DNA from: Octopus vulgaris
Taxonomy: Eukaryota
DNA: 64,000 nt
Assembly (NCBI GenBank): GCA_951406725.2
Contig: OX597820.1
Span: 51,708,001-51,772,000 of the forward strand
Reading direction: 5' to 3'
A program made the translations under genes and the position numbers. The stretch's first letter is position 1. The number at the start of each line of letters is the position of its first letter. Positions 1 to 13,557 of the stretch are shown here, in pieces. The notes beneath the pieces were generated by a model that saw only the letters and a list, made by a program, of their open reading frames with translations, was not told where the DNA came from and did not search any database.

Positions 1-22
1 AGTGTTCATGTTGCGCTACACA

Positions 23-292
23 TGCTATATAGTTCATGATGCAAGCACATTTGATCCACGAATAGTCTAGGAGGAAGACGAAAAGATAGATAGACACAAC
101 CCACTTCAGTATGAAATAGTTTGGCAATGGAAAATGAAGAAGGTGAAGATAGTTCCAAGTATTGGTTGGTCCTTGGGGAGAGTATCAGAAGGAATCACGA
201 GCAATGTCAAGGAAATTGGAATAGAGTGCTCAGTAGAACTGTTACAAAAGTTTTGTCTCCTTGGCAGGACCAAAATAGTCAGAAAAGGATAG
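23..292 (+). pseudogene. Degenerate C-terminus (REL endonuclease tail) of an old R4/Dong-like retrotransposon
   Basis: Manual translation from 38: DASTFDPRIV*EEDEKIDRHNPLQYEIVWQWKMKKVKIVPSIGWSLG...IGIECSVELLQKFCLLGRTKIVRKG*. This matches the R4 tail pattern D..P.D...EK..Y..EI..W..V.P..G.LG...LQK..LLGT..I.R and has an internal stop. Confidence 0.7.
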
Positions 293-360
293 CTGAAAAG
301 AGTAAGTAGCATGATGCTGTAGGCTGCGGGTAGTAAAAAAACACAACTTGTGATGAAGAG

Positions 361-449
<89 letters not shown>
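361..449 (+). repeat. (TAA)n microsatellite, insertion site of the downstream Dong element
   Basis: Pure TAA run directly abutting the 5'-truncated element. Confidence 0.95.
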
Positions 450-2347
450 TAACAAAGCCATTAACAAAGTAGCACCCACAATCATAAAATTCATAGAGCA
501 CTCTATGAATAAATGGCAAACAAAAAAGGGACTCATGAAAACCATAGACATCCTCATTAGAAGAGGAATATTCCAGGGAGACACGCTCTCTCCATTCCTT
601 TTCTGCTTGGCACTGTCACCTCTATCTGATATGCTAAATAGAACTGGATGCGGATATAAATGTTACGGCAAAACGATCAGCCACCTTTTATATATGGATG
701 ACCTAAAACTATACGCTGCAAATGACAAACAGCTGGAAACACTATTAAAGACAGTTCATGGATTTACCAAAGAAATAGATATGAAATTTGGATTAGAAAA
801 ATGCGCCAAAGTAACCATGAAAAGAGGAAAACTAGTTAAGAGTAACAACATCACACTAGATAAAACCAATGAAATAAAAGAATTAGACCAAAGCCAAACT
901 TACAAATACTTAGGAATCCATGAACTAGATAAGACACAACACACACAAATGAAAGAGAAAATAAAAAAAGAATATTATAGACGAGTTATATCAATACTAA
1001 AAACAGAGCTCAATGCTAAAAACAAGATAATAGGTATCAACACTTTAGCTGCCCCAGTTATAAGTTACAGCTACAATATCCTTAACTGGACACGAAATGA
1101 ACTGTCCAAAATATATAGGAAAACAAGAAAAATACTAACAGGATCTAGGATGCATCACCCAAAATCTGACATAGAAAGACTATATATACAACGTATAAAA
1201 GGTGGTAGAGGCCTTATACAGCTGGAAATCTACTATAAAATAACCACCATAGGACTGCAAAAATACCTACTTCAGAAGGAAGGAAAACTGATCCAGATAG
1301 CAGCAAAACACGAGCAAAACAAAAAACTGTTCTCAGTATTTAAGGAAGCTGACAAATACAAACAAGAAATCATACCACCTAATAAACACAAAGAAGAAGA
1401 AGAAGATGATGAAGAAACAACAAAAGCTATAAAACAAATGAAATCCAAACTAAAAATAGAACAGCAACGAGCCATGATAAAACGATGGCAAGAAAAGCCC
1501 CTTCATGGTAAATACTGCACTAAACTAAATGCAAAAGAAATAGACAAAGAAAAATCCCAGCAATGGTTGAGAAGCTCAGGACTCAAAGCAGAAACAGAGG
1601 GATTTTTAATTGCAGCACAAGACCAAAGCCTCCCCACCAGAAATTACCAAAAACATGTAATGAAAAGAAATATTACAAGTAACTGCAGAATATGTGGAGA
1701 TGGACAAGAAACAATAAATCATATTATCTCTAGCTGCCCAGTCGTGGCTAAGAAGGAATATATTCACAGACATGACAGAGTTGGAACCTACATACATTGG
1801 AAGCTATGCCAACATTATGGAATAACAACAGAAAAAAGATGGTATAGGCACACACCAGAAAAGGTCACAGAAAACGAGAAAGCAACCATACTCTGGGATA
1901 TGCCGATACACACAGATAGAGAAATTAAGGCCAACAGACCAGATATAGTTGTCAGAGATCATGAAGAAAAAAAAAGCTTTCTAATTGATGTATCAATACC
2001 GGCAGATGACAACGTGTCTCTAAAAGAAATGGAGAAACTCTCAAAATACAAAGACCTGGAAATAGAGGTAACTAGAATGTGGAATCTGAAAACAGAAACA
2101 ATTCCTATCATAGTAGGTGCATTAGGCATGATAAAAAAATATTCAGACAAATACATAACAAAAACACCAGGACTTACAAACACATATAACATACAGAAAA
2201 TTGCACTACTAGGCACTGCACACATCCTACGCAGAACACTTTCCATACAATAACCATCAGAGCATCGCAACAAATCACAGCACATACCCAAGGCACACAG
2301 AGCTGTGCTCGGTAGTGAAGTGAAAGCACGTTATAAAAATAAAACTA

Positions 2348-2350
<3 letters not shown>
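450..2350 (+). mobile_element. R4/Dong-clade non-LTR retrotransposon, family A, 5'-truncated, apparently young
   Basis: Flanked by (TAA)n on both sides; uninterrupted ORF; 97 bp 3'UTR ending ...AAAATAAAACTACTG followed by an (AAT)n tail. The same 3' end is seen at 4311-4630 and 24914-25508. Confidence 0.93.
505..2253 (+). CDS. Truncated RT/REL polyprotein of an R4/Dong element (C-terminal RT, CCHC zinc knuckle, restriction-like endonuclease)
   Basis: Motifs RGIFQGDTLSP, LYMDDLKLY, FGLEKC, YKYLG, GGRGL, CRIC..ETINHIISSC, RHD and RPDIVV..IDVSIP..EKLSKY. The frame is open back to ~448. N-terminus and early RT motifs are missing, so it is not autonomous. Confidence 0.92.
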   Translation: MNKWQTKKGLMKTIDILIRRGIFQGDTLSPFLFCLALSPLSDMLNRTGCGYKCYGKTISHLLYMDDLKLYAANDKQLETLLKTVHGFTKEIDMKFGLEKCAKVTMKRGKLVKSNNITLDKTNEIKELDQSQTYKYLGIHELDKTQHTQMKEKIKKEYYRRVISILKTELNAKNKIIGINTLAAPVISYSYNILNWTRNELSKIYRKTRKILTGSRMHHPKSDIERLYIQRIKGGRGLIQLEIYYKITTIGLQKYLLQKEGKLIQIAAKHEQNKKLFSVFKEADKYKQEIIPPNKHKEEEEDDEETTKAIKQMKSKLKIEQQRAMIKRWQEKPLHGKYCTKLNAKEIDKEKSQQWLRSSGLKAETEGFLIAAQDQSLPTRNYQKHVMKRNITSNCRICGDGQETINHIISSCPVVAKKEYIHRHDRVGTYIHWKLCQHYGITTEKRWYRHTPEKVTENEKATILWDMPIHTDREIKANRPDIVVRDHEEKKSFLIDVSIPADDNVSLKEMEKLSKYKDLEIEVTRMWNLKTETIPIIVGALGMIKKYSDKYITKTPGLTNTYNIQKIALLGTAHILRRTLSIQ

Positions 2351-2413
<63 letters not shown>

Positions 2414-2563
2414 AAGAAGAAGAAAACGAAGAAGTTGAAGAAGAAGAAGAAGAAGAAGAAGAAGAAGAAGAAGAAGAAGAAGAAGAAGAAGAGAAGAAGA
2501 AGAAGAAGAAGAAGAAGAAGAAGAAGAAGAAGAAGAAGAAGAAGAAGAAGAAGAAGAAGAAGA
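2351..2563 (+). repeat. (TAA)n tail switching to (GAA)n
   Basis: Read directly from the sequence. Confidence 0.95.
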
Positions 2564-2672
2564 CAAAGTTAGGACCTATATGTACTGGAAACTATGCCAA
2601 CACTATAGAGTAACAACAGAAAAGATGGTGAAGGTACAGGCCAGAAAACGTCACAGAAAATGAGAAAGTAAC
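2562..2672 (+). mobile_element. Diverged internal fragment of Dong family A
   Basis: GACAAAGTTAGGACCTATATGTACTGGAAACTATGCCAACACTAT...GTCACAGAAAATGAGAAAG aligns by eye to 1774-1886 (DRVGTYIHWKLCQHY...VTENEK). Confidence 0.8.
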
Positions 2673-2740
2673 ACATGAGGAATATATTTCAATCCTACAG
2701 GTTTATTTTAAAGCAGTGCTCTACCCACAGAACGAAAACA

Positions 2741-3190
2741 CTATATCTATATAATAAAATGGATCTGTGTATGTGTGAGTGCGTATTCGCGTTTCCCGCG
2801 AAAACGGCTGAGCGAATTGCTTCCATACTTGGGATGCATGAATAATTTGACATCAGATACATGATAGGGTCATCAGGTTCTTTTTTTTTATTAAAAATAA
2901 ATAATATTGCTTTACATATATGATTTACTTCTTTAAAAATGTTTCTGCATGTCAACTTCCTGTAGTGACGTAGCAACAGCGACATTTTCCGTTTTCATCT
3001 GCGTCAATTCTCTCTGTATTTTAATGTTTCCTTTTCAAGTGTTAATTCGCTCTTTGCAAACATCTACGATAAATTACAAAAAGTGATATGCACTCAGTTC
3101 ACAAATTTAAATATTCGGCACAAGATTGTTATTAACATGCTTTTTATCTATAAGATATCTTCATTTCATGTTTATTTCATTCATTGCTTG
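2741..3190 (+). mobile_element. Possible 5' end of a non-autonomous Helitron-like element (3' limit uncertain)
   Basis: TCTATATAATAAAAT...TGTGTATGTG...CGCGAAAACGGCTGAGCGAATT resembles the 5' signature of many invertebrate Helitron/DINE-like elements (from recall). No 3' CTAG end was located. Confidence 0.35.
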
Positions 3191-3989
3191 CATTGATGTC
3201 TCGTCTCCCCTTCTCTCTCCCTCCCCCCTCTCTCTCTCTCTGACACACACATACACACACAAACGCCCACACAAACACACTCCAACATTTGATTTACTTA
3301 TTGCACAAATATTGCATTAGAATTTTCCAATTCAACATGGGGCGTCCAAAAAAAGTAATAGCATTCTATCGCTTGAACCTGCACACTTCGACAATTTCCG
3401 TAAAGAAATTTGTTTATTTACTTACCTTTTCCGCAGTGTGTTCATCTCTCTGCATATGCAGCCAGTCACAAACTCACACCTGTGTTTTTTGCATGTATAT
3501 TTTTATGCATGTGTGTGCTTGCATGTGCGTGCGACACAGAGAGAGTGAGTGGAGAAATGTGTTGTAATGTATAAGTACATACATAAATACATATGCATAC
3601 ATCTTTATTATGTATGTGCGATTGTGCGTGTGAGAGACACACAAAGAGAAAGAGAGAGAGAGAGAATTATGTCTGATTGGCACTATCTCTCTCTCTCTCT
3701 CTTACACATACATACAAGAAAGATGTACGGTTATTTATTCTACGTAAGTATACATGACCACTCGCTTCTTCACTCTCTCTATCACGCTCATGTCCATTTC
3801 ATTTGATGTTTGATATTGTACGCATATGCGTCTGTGTGTGTAAGTGTGCGTGCGTGCGTGGGGTGTTCCGCAATCGCAATTTATTTCAGTCACTCTTGTG
3901 AATACATATGCACGTAACTCATTTTTCATGTAATCCCCATTTTAATGTTCAAAGAATTTTTCGAGTAAAATCTTACATGCTGTGCAAAA

Positions 3990-4310
<321 letters not shown>

Positions 4311-4628
4311 GTCTCTAAAAGAAATGGAGAAACTTTCAAAATACAAAGACCTGGAAATAGAGGTAACCAGAATGTGGAATCTAAAAACAGAAACAATTCC
4401 TATCACAGTAGGTGCATTAGGCATGATAAAAATACATTCAGACAAATACATAACAAAAACACCAGGACTTACAAACACATATGACATACAGAAAATTGCA
4501 CTACTAGGCACTGCACAGATCCTACGCAGAACACTTTCCATACAATAACCATCAGAGCATCACAACAGAGCACATACTGCACTGCGCTCGGTAGTGAAGT
4601 GAAAGCACGTTATAAAAATAAAACTACA

Positions 4629-4630
<2 letters not shown>
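4311..4630 (+). mobile_element. Dong family A, short 5'-truncated copy
   Basis: Near-identical to 2016-2350 (ORF 4324-4548 MEKLSKYKDLEIE...RRTLSIQ), with a shortened 3'UTR; (TAA)n on both sides. Confidence 0.92.
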
Positions 4631-4700
<70 letters not shown>

Positions 4701-4703
4701 TAA

Positions 4704-4798
<95 letters not shown>

Positions 4799-4800
<2 letters not shown>

Positions 4801-5835
4801 CCAAACTGAACAACCCGAGGGAAGTACGGCAACTATTGTTGCAAAAAAGGTGAAAATGATGGCAATGAAAAAAGCGCACGAGCAATTGGTTGATAGGTGG
4901 GAGGAGAAACCTCTGCACGGCAAATATGTGACCCGCAGCAAACAAGCTGATGTTGACCAGAAGCAAACCCATCAGTGGCTGCGGAGCTCAGGGCTAAAAG
5001 CAGAGAGCGAAGGTTTCATCCTGGCTGCTCAAGACCAAAGCCTATTAACCCGGAACTACCAGGCCAATGTGATGAAAAATGGAGCAGACCCAAAATGCCG
5101 ATTCTGCAACGACATGATTGAAACAGTGGACCATCTAATCTCTGGATGTAAAGTCTTAGCACCAGTGGAGTATAAATTAAGACATGACAGAGTTGGCCAA
5201 TATCTCCACTGGCTAATAAGTCGGCATTACAATATCAAAACTGCCGACAAGTGGTATAATCACCACCCTGAGGCTGTAACTGAAGGAGAAAATGTAACCA
5301 TTCTGTGGGACTTTCCAGTACATACAGACCGAACCATCAAGGCCAATAAACAAGATATTGTTGTGAAAGACCAAAACAATAAAGTTTGCTTATTGATCGA
5401 CATGAGCATCCCCTGTGATCATAATATCTCAGCGAAAGAGTTTGACAAGCTCAGAAAATATAAAGACCTACTCATTGAAATTGAGAAAATGTGGCATCTC
5501 AAGGCGGTTACAATACCAGTGATCGTAGGAGCACTAGGAATGATCAAGAAGGGAACCGAAAATTATATGAGAATGATCCCTGGCTTACCATCCCTGCAAG
5601 AAGTGCAAAAGATTGTCTTAACTGGTACATCACACGTATTGAGAAGAGCATTGTCGATGTGAGAACTGTTGCTGCTCATGTATTTTAATTTAACTTTAAA
5701 AAAAAAAAAAAAAAAATGAACGAACTACTGAGTTTGGTTTAATGGCCTACCAACGTATACTATGAGTTTCTTTGCCCTAGGAGTCGGGAAGACACTCGGC
5801 TAGAAATGGAAGCAAATTTGAAAGAAGAAAAAAAA
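4799..5835 (+). mobile_element. R4/Dong family B, 5'-truncated copy (CCHC + REL)
   Basis: Real coding part ~4799-5662: KPLHGKY, LRSSGLKAESEGFILAAQDQSL, CRFC..ETVDHLISGC, RHD, ANKQDIVV (PD changed to QD), LTGTSHVLRRALSM. Distinct 3'UTR; flanked by (TAA)n. Confidence 0.92.
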
Positions 5836-5853
5836 ATAATAATAATAATAACG

Positions 5854-5902
<49 letters not shown>

Positions 5903-5904
5903 TG

Positions 5905-5947
<43 letters not shown>

Positions 5948-5953
5948 TAATAA

Positions 5954-5984
<31 letters not shown>

Positions 5985-6000
5985 AAGAAGAAGAAGAAGA

Positions 6001-6545
6001 AATGCTCTGATGCAGTACGAGGTATTGTCTCTGATGGCTTTTGATCTTAACTGAGTAGAAGTGTTATCATGTACATTGTTATGTCTTGATATAAAAAATA
6101 GGCTACAGCAACTACCACAGATTTGCTTTTTAGTTGTTTGAGCTTAACCAGTTGAGCATGTCCCATAAACACTGACGATATGCGCATCTTTGATCACGAG
6201 CAGAATTAGTGGGGGGCCTTCATAACCATGTGTTGAGAGGAATTCTTTGGAGTTTGAATAATTCACCCCTGGAAACATGGGTGTTTCATTTAACATCACT
6301 AATCCTTATTCGGGAACCAATTTTGCGCTACTCGACCTGAAGGAAACTCTAACTGGGCCCCACCTACAAGGTCATATGCTATTTATCTTTACATGAGATC
6401 GGCATGTCGCTGACTAATCTTTGGGATATCTGTGCTTGCTGTACCCATATCAGACGGTTAGTCATGATGGGTATATAGCGTTTCGTATATTTTTTACCCC
6501 CGGTTCATGTTGATGGCTTGTGTTGCTTTCTTATTCAGCTACAAT
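6001..6545 (+). mobile_element. ~545 bp non-coding (TAA)n-associated element, diverged copy 1
   Basis: Reverse-complement homolog of 8321-8865 and 25561-25980. Starts AATGCTCTGATGCAGTAC, follows a TAA/GAA array and ends in AATAATAAT. Confidence 0.8.
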
Positions 6546-7455
6546 AATAATTATATTATTATGAATATCAGTAGAGTCATAGTTTGAAAAGAATTATGCC
6601 ATATTATATAATCACTTACACATTTTTCTCCATGATCCTGCAGTATGTGCATTATATTTTGATTCGTCTGATTTCGTCCCCCGTTTCTGCTTATACAGAA
6701 ACGCTTCATCATTCTGAATACTATGTTCTGTGTAAGTTGTGTTACTTTATTGCGCTGTTAGTGTTTCGTTTGTGCTATGTGATTAGCGTTGTACCATATT
6801 CTCTGAGAGTAATTGTACAAACTATGTGCTGGGTAAATATCATACATGTTAAGGTGATATTTTGAATGGAAATGTAATGCTATCATCCATAGTATTGATT
6901 GTTTAAAAGCATGCGTCCTGTTATTTAATTCTGTTATGGTTACTTTCAATCTGTCGGTATTTAAACTTCCACAATTTAACCATCGATCTTCGCTCAATAT
7001 CTGGTGACAAGCGGTGATACATTCTATTAAATTACTGTCAATTTCTTCCCCAATCATTTACCGAATGTTTTCAATCTGGACGTGCAAATCCCAGGTGATT
7101 GTGGCCAGGTGTTTTATATGCAACGCCGATGTACACATGCATAATACTCATATTTTTTGGCTTTTATCGATTTGTTGGTATATACTCAAGTAGACGCTGC
7201 GTTCATGTCCGTACATATATTACGGCTTCACAAGGACGGAATCCCTAGATATAATGTAATCAGCTATGGTCGCCTACATTTGAAGATTACCAGTTTTATC
7301 ACTATATTAAGATTATTATTTGCAACTAAGTTTCTTTTTCTATATAAACCACATCAGCATTTCTATTTTGATTTTAATGCGTGTACATCTGCTCACACAA
7401 ACAGACATATACATATAAATATATACAAGTAGATATAAATATCTGCATGTAAGAC

Positions 7456-7497
<42 letters not shown>

Positions 7498-8117
7498 CTA
7501 TCTATCACTTCACACACACTAACACACACACACATATATACATAGTGTTGCGTTAAGAAGGAGTTTCGAGTCGAGCCTAATTCCACAAATTAATCCAAAT
7601 ACACGCTCTGTTTGCATAACTGTCCCGCTAATTTAGTAGCCGACGTATTGATCTAACCTATATGTTGAAATTTTTACAGCCGTTTTTTTCATACTTTTCT
7701 TGTGCTTCAACTGCATGTGTATGCAATGGATGCAGTTCCAATTATACATCTGCTCACTCAAACTTCCAGACATATACAAATGATTTCAAATATATACAAG
7801 TTTGGTTTGAATTCTTCATTACAACTATATACATATGTGTACGTTTGTTAGTGTGACTGTCTGCGCGAATATACTATCTATCACTTCACACACACTAACA
7901 CACACACACATATATACATAGTGTTGCATGTATATATAAAGGGAGAGAGAGAGAGAGAGAGAGATTGTTTGTAATGCTGTATAAATTTTAAAAACTATGC
8001 CCATGAAAACTATTTATGTAGTGATTCATCAAAAAAAGATATGAGTTAGCTGAAAAAATCTGAACTTCGATTCTTTGTTGAAATTTTTACATCAGTTTTG
8101 TTTCATACTTTTGTATT

Positions 8118-8200
8118 TTAGGTGTTTCAGTCATTACACTGCGGCCATATTGGAGCAATACCTTGAAAAATCATAGACGAATGGATCAGCCCCAGTATTT
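8118..8200 (-). mobile_element. 3' fragment of tRNA-derived SINE (family 1)
   Basis: TTTCAGTCATT..ACTGCGGCCAT..TGGAGCA matches 14290-14325 and 12225-12272. Confidence 0.6.
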
Positions 8201-8320
8201 TTTGTTGTTGTTCTTCTTCTTCTCTTCTTCTTCAGTCTTCTTATTCTTCTGATCTTCAAAATATCACTGTCTTGGTTTGAATTCTTCATTAACTATCTTC
8301 TTATGTATTATTATTATTAT

Positions 8321-8861
8321 TGAGTGAGAGAGCAGTGCATGCCATCAAAGTGACACTGGGGTAAAATATACGCACACGTACACATATACGAACCATATGA
8401 CTACCCGTCTGATAAAGGTACACCAGGCACATGCATCACAACCATATGTGCGCGATATGGTGATCTCATATCAAGATAAACAGCACATGACCTTGCAGGT
8501 GGGGCCCAGTTACAATTTTCTTCGGGTTGAGTAGCCCATCCCGCTCAAAAGGTCCCTGAATAAGGGTTGTTTAAGGATGTTGAAAGAACCACCCATGTTT
8601 CCAGAGGTGAACTATTCAAACCCCAAGTAATGCCCATAAAAACTATTTATGTAGTGATTCATCAAAAAAAGATATGATTTAGTTGAAAAAATCTGAATTT
8701 CGATTCTTTGGTCAAGCAACTGACAAGCAAATCTGTGGTATTGAGCAGAATATTTGCTGTAGCCCATCTTTTATACCAAGACAAAACAATATACATGATA
8801 ACACTTCCAATCAGTTAAGATCAGAAGCCATGAGAGCCACTGCCTGGTACTGCATCAGGGC

Positions 8862-8865
<4 letters not shown>
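8321..8865 (-). mobile_element. ~545 bp (TAA)n-associated element, copy 2, with an 81 bp locally templated replacement
   Basis: Highly similar to 25561-25980; (ATT)n on both flanks; 8630-8710 is a copy of 7997-8077. Confidence 0.88.
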
Positions 8866-8936
<71 letters not shown>

Positions 8937-8951
8937 TCATCATCATCATCG

Positions 8952-8983
<32 letters not shown>

Positions 8984-8989
8984 GTCATT

Positions 8990-9030
<41 letters not shown>

Positions 9031-9051
9031 TATTATTATTATTATTATTAT

Positions 9052-9110
<59 letters not shown>
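8866..9110. repeat. Compound (ATT)n(CAT)n(ATT)n(AGT)n microsatellite
   Basis: Read directly from the sequence. Confidence 0.95.
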
Positions 9111-10430
9111 CCAACTCTCCAAAACCCAGAAAAGATATACATCAGTAGTGATGTCTGGCCACATAGAAGTAGTTTTTTCTGGACATCTGCAGATGAATGT
9201 GGGCCTTTTGGAGATGCCGAAAAAATCAGACAAGGTGATTAGCTTGTAAGCTGTCATCGAGAAAAGCAATTTCACGCTATTGAGCTTTATGAAGTATAGG
9301 TAAAAGTACAGTTTGGTAGAGGTCACTATTTTCACTTGCCTTTATCAATCGTCATACCTTTGGAATATGCAAAGGACATCGCTTACAGTTTACCAGTTCA
9401 AAAACATTTTGGAATGTGACTTAATATTTAGCATGAAACTCAACTTAGAAAGGAATACGACAACTAGTCCTGGAAAACGAACCCTCCAATACCGTAGACA
9501 ATTATTTTCTACTTCAAGAAATAGTAAACATAATTTGAAAAATTATAAAACAGCCACTGCGCCCAGAGAATAATTCGAAAACAAACTGAATGATAAGCGA
9601 CAAAAATGAAGCGTTTACTAGTGTCAGGAAAGAAATGAATAAATAGAAGGCACTCGTATGGAATGTGTGACGCAACATCTCAATATGCGCCAAGAACGTT
9701 CACGCTGATGTGATGTTACATAGCAGATGAATAGTATTGACAAGTTGTGTTTATAACAAAAAGATTAACATCAGACCAAATGGAAGTCTATAAGTTGTAC
9801 ACAGCGTCATTAAGTCCACACATGTTGTCTAGTAGCGAACTAGTTGGTGAGGCTTACAAACTCAATGCTCGACATCCCATCTAGTATAAAATCTGCATAT
9901 GCACATACATATTCAGATAAACCTACGTAAACCAAATATTGGTCTAAATATTGACTAAACTGCATTGCATCGGTAGGAATCTCGAAGTTCCGCTGCTTCC
10001 CCCAGTTTGTCAGTTATCACCGCATGATGCAGGGACCATGGCATTATGACGTCAAATTGATCTCCAGCTTAGATTTTAGAATATAAAATTTTTCAATATA
10101 AACAATTTCATTTGTGCCCATCTTTAATGAGTTTTTTGCAAAAATCGAAGGCCTGGAGCAGAAGTATTTGTTTTGCCCAGATATATTTTGGCTGCCTTTT
10201 AGTGCAAGTATCTTTGAGTATCTTATCATTTCAGATAATTCAGCTTTTGTCGTTATTGTTCTTTACAGAAGCAATATGAAGAGGTTAATAACACACGCAT
10301 AATAGGGGCTAATTTTCTGTGCTTGTAGTTAAGAGACATTTCTAAGTTTTCAGAAGGGTATCGCAGCACAAAATTTCTGATTAAGGTAGATTATTTCACT
10401 TTTCCTTTAGAACCCTAGGTATACACTTAC

Positions 10431-10499
10431 GTTGCATAAGAATATGAGCAGTATTAGCAGCAATACAGGGACATGTACGGAAAGTATATTGATTCCGAA
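10431..10499 (-). CDS. Weak candidate 69 bp internal exon of the minus-strand host gene
   Basis: Acceptor CTCTTTTCGACAG and donor GTAAGT; open in phase 1-1 (VRNQYTFRTCPCIAANTAHILMQ), compatible with 29604-29708. No recognisable homology. Confidence 0.25.
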
Positions 10500-12268
10500 C
10501 TGTCGAAAAGAGTTTGCATACATTCTCTCCACAATCTAATACTAGTACTTATAGAAACAGTCACTATATTGGAATTTCCGATACTTACATAAAATTTGTT
10601 GTTAGTATCCACTCGGTTTAGATTTGATTCATTTCGTATTGCCAGTAGACAATAAAATTTACAGCGTGGTTAGATAGATCTGTCCTAGATGTGTGTATAA
10701 TGAAGAAATTGTTCTGAATATATACGTATTTGTCTCACCGTTGTCGATGTATAGGCAGATCGTATCATTTGTCGAACGAATATTACTGTGGCTTTAAACG
10801 CATTCGCCACTAAGTCCATCCCATTATTTTTATTGTTTATTATGAAAGGAGGGGAATTGAGTATGATGGACCAGGAACAGAAATCACTCTCATTGATTAT
10901 ATGATGCTGTAAGCGAATTCGACGTGATTATTGTTTGTTAACCGTTATGTTAGGTATAAAATTGGCGCATGGTATTATTCTTGAACTACCGTCCTTAGTG
11001 GGAAGCATGACGCTTAATATTCTATAATTTCAATCAAGAATTACAAAATCTTTCCAGCAGATTCTTCAGCTATTACAGGTTAATCAACTTTAGCGATCAG
11101 GTGGAAAATTATAAAATTTATTATTTATTAGCTCTGCCTTTGTGTTAACTCTGTATAGGCTGAAGTTCTGCTGAAGCATGTATCAGTTCGATTAACATAT
11201 ATGGTGTCTTTCAGTTTTGGAATCGGAATAAACACATAAATTCACAGTTCACCAGTTTATATTCCTCTTTGACTGTAATGATCTAAACGGTAATGCTTAA
11301 TTGCTTAGTCATAATAGTTTTTAATGTTTCTCTTTATAAAATTGCAATAATTAAATTATATTTGTAAATATCTAATGGAACATAAAACAATAGCGTAGCA
11401 ATGCTATAATTGTGAAATGAGATATTTTTTTAAAGAAAATTTAAATATAAATTGTTCTTCTATACATACATGAAATTAAAACATTATTTAGTATCTTTAT
11501 AATTTGCTTTCATTTATTTATTAATTATCTCTTTATATGAAACCTCACGTTATACAAGTCCTTTGTGGTTGGCGATTTTGATCAATATAAATGCACAACA
11601 AGTATCATCATAGGGGAACAATTGTAGAGACACTATAAATAGTTTTATTCGCTTCTCTGAAATAGCTAATAATTTCGGTGAAAAAACAACAAATCATATA
11701 TATATAAGTATATCACCAGCAATCAACAGAATATATATATTTAATGAAAACAGCAATATTCATAAACGTAATTTAGCGAATACAGAAAGAAAACGTAACA
11801 AAATAATGACCCAACGGAAGACACGTTTGGAAGGATCCCATAATATGTGTCAGCACTACACGAAAACTGAGCCTCGAGGGAGAACAGATTCTATCTTGAT
11901 AAAATAAAATAGACATAAACTGACATATACTCTAGAAGAGGAATGATAATGCACGTGCGTTTAGTGGGTGTATCCACTTGAATAGTTTAAAGTTTAGCTT
12001 TTTTTTAAATTTTTCATTCTATATTTATCAAATTCACAATTATTCAATTATATGTTTTAGAAAAATCATGTTTAGCTTAGCCTTTGTCTGCATGTCTACA
12101 TGTCTACTACGGAAGCCGAAAACATTCATTACATTTATTCCATCACTACCTATAGTAAATGATGGTCAAATGACTCAAGAAGTATAATTTTTCATGCTTA
12201 TCTCTAAAAGAATATATATATTCTTTTACTCACTTCATTTTTTTTAACTGCGGCCATGCGGGAGCATC

Positions 12269-12544
<276 letters not shown>

Positions 12545-13332
12545 ATGTGTGTGTTTGTGTGTGCGTGTGTGTGTGTGTGCGTGCGTATGCGTGCATATCT
12601 ATATAGAGATTTTCTGAATTGTAGAAATGAAGCACTTGTTAAATTGAAGCGAGGTTCAAACTTCAGTGAGTCATATTTTACAAATTGATGCAAGAAATAC
12701 ATGTTTCACTGACAATAATAATATAGAATACATTTTTGTTTCATATTCAAATTTCTCTAGCTTGAGCAGACAATGTAGTCTTGGCAAAGAGATATAGATA
12801 TCATTTGACAAAAATATACAAAGAGAAATATAAAACAAAACATTGTCAGAGAAAAGAAACTTAGTGAAGTCGAGACCATTTCTTAACCATCATTGAAAGT
12901 TAATATATTCTTATTGTTTGCCTTTTTGATGACAAACTTCAAGTATATGAATGTTTGCAGTAATTACTCATTTACCTGGTGTGTGTATATGTGTGTGCGC
13001 GTGTGTGTGTTTATGTCTGTGTGTATGTGTCCGTCTGTGTGTACGTGCCTGCGTCTGTGTGTGTCTGTGTGTCGCTGTTTGTGCTTGTCGTGATAATACA
13101 CTTGTGATATTCTGTCAATGGGTCTTGTTATCTATCGAGGCAGTGTAAATCACTTCTTAGAAATATAAGAGAGATATTTTTTTTTATCAAATATTCATGA
13201 AAATAGCGTATTCTGAATGTAACTTTATTTTAACCTACGGATATGATTTTAATTTACGTAACATTTCCACAAATTAATTACGTTAATTACTCTATGTTCA
13301 ATTACAATATTATTTCACGTAAAAATCAATCA

Positions 13333-13540
13333 ATGAGCTGGTAGAATCATTAGAACATTAGGCGAAATGCTTAGTTGCATTTGGTCCATCCTTACGGTCT
13401 TAGTTCAATTTTTGTCGTGGTCGACTTCGCTTTTCATTCTTTTGGGACCGATAAAATAAGCGGTTGTAGAGCACTGGTGTCGCCGTAATTGACTTACACT
13501 CTCCACCGGAATTGTTGGCCCTGTACCAAAATTTGAAATT
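13333..13540 (+). mobile_element. SINE family 2 (Nin/Deu-like central domain), diverged
   Basis: GAGCTGGTAGAATC...GTCGACTTCGCTTTTCATTCTTTTGGGACCGATAAAATAAG; homologous to 26430-26647. Confidence 0.75.
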
Positions 13541-13557
13541 GGTATTACTTTATAAAA

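Noticed and set aside
4697-4798. Poly-Ile N-terminus on the family B ORF
   Set aside because: Read-through of the TAA array; the element itself starts near 4799.
9110-10210. Possible old DNA-transposon remnant
   Set aside because: No motif or terminal repeat that I can support.
11818-11856. CTGACAC...CAAACGTGTC hammerhead-like string on the minus strand
   Set aside because: Both core boxes are mutated; indistinguishable from chance.
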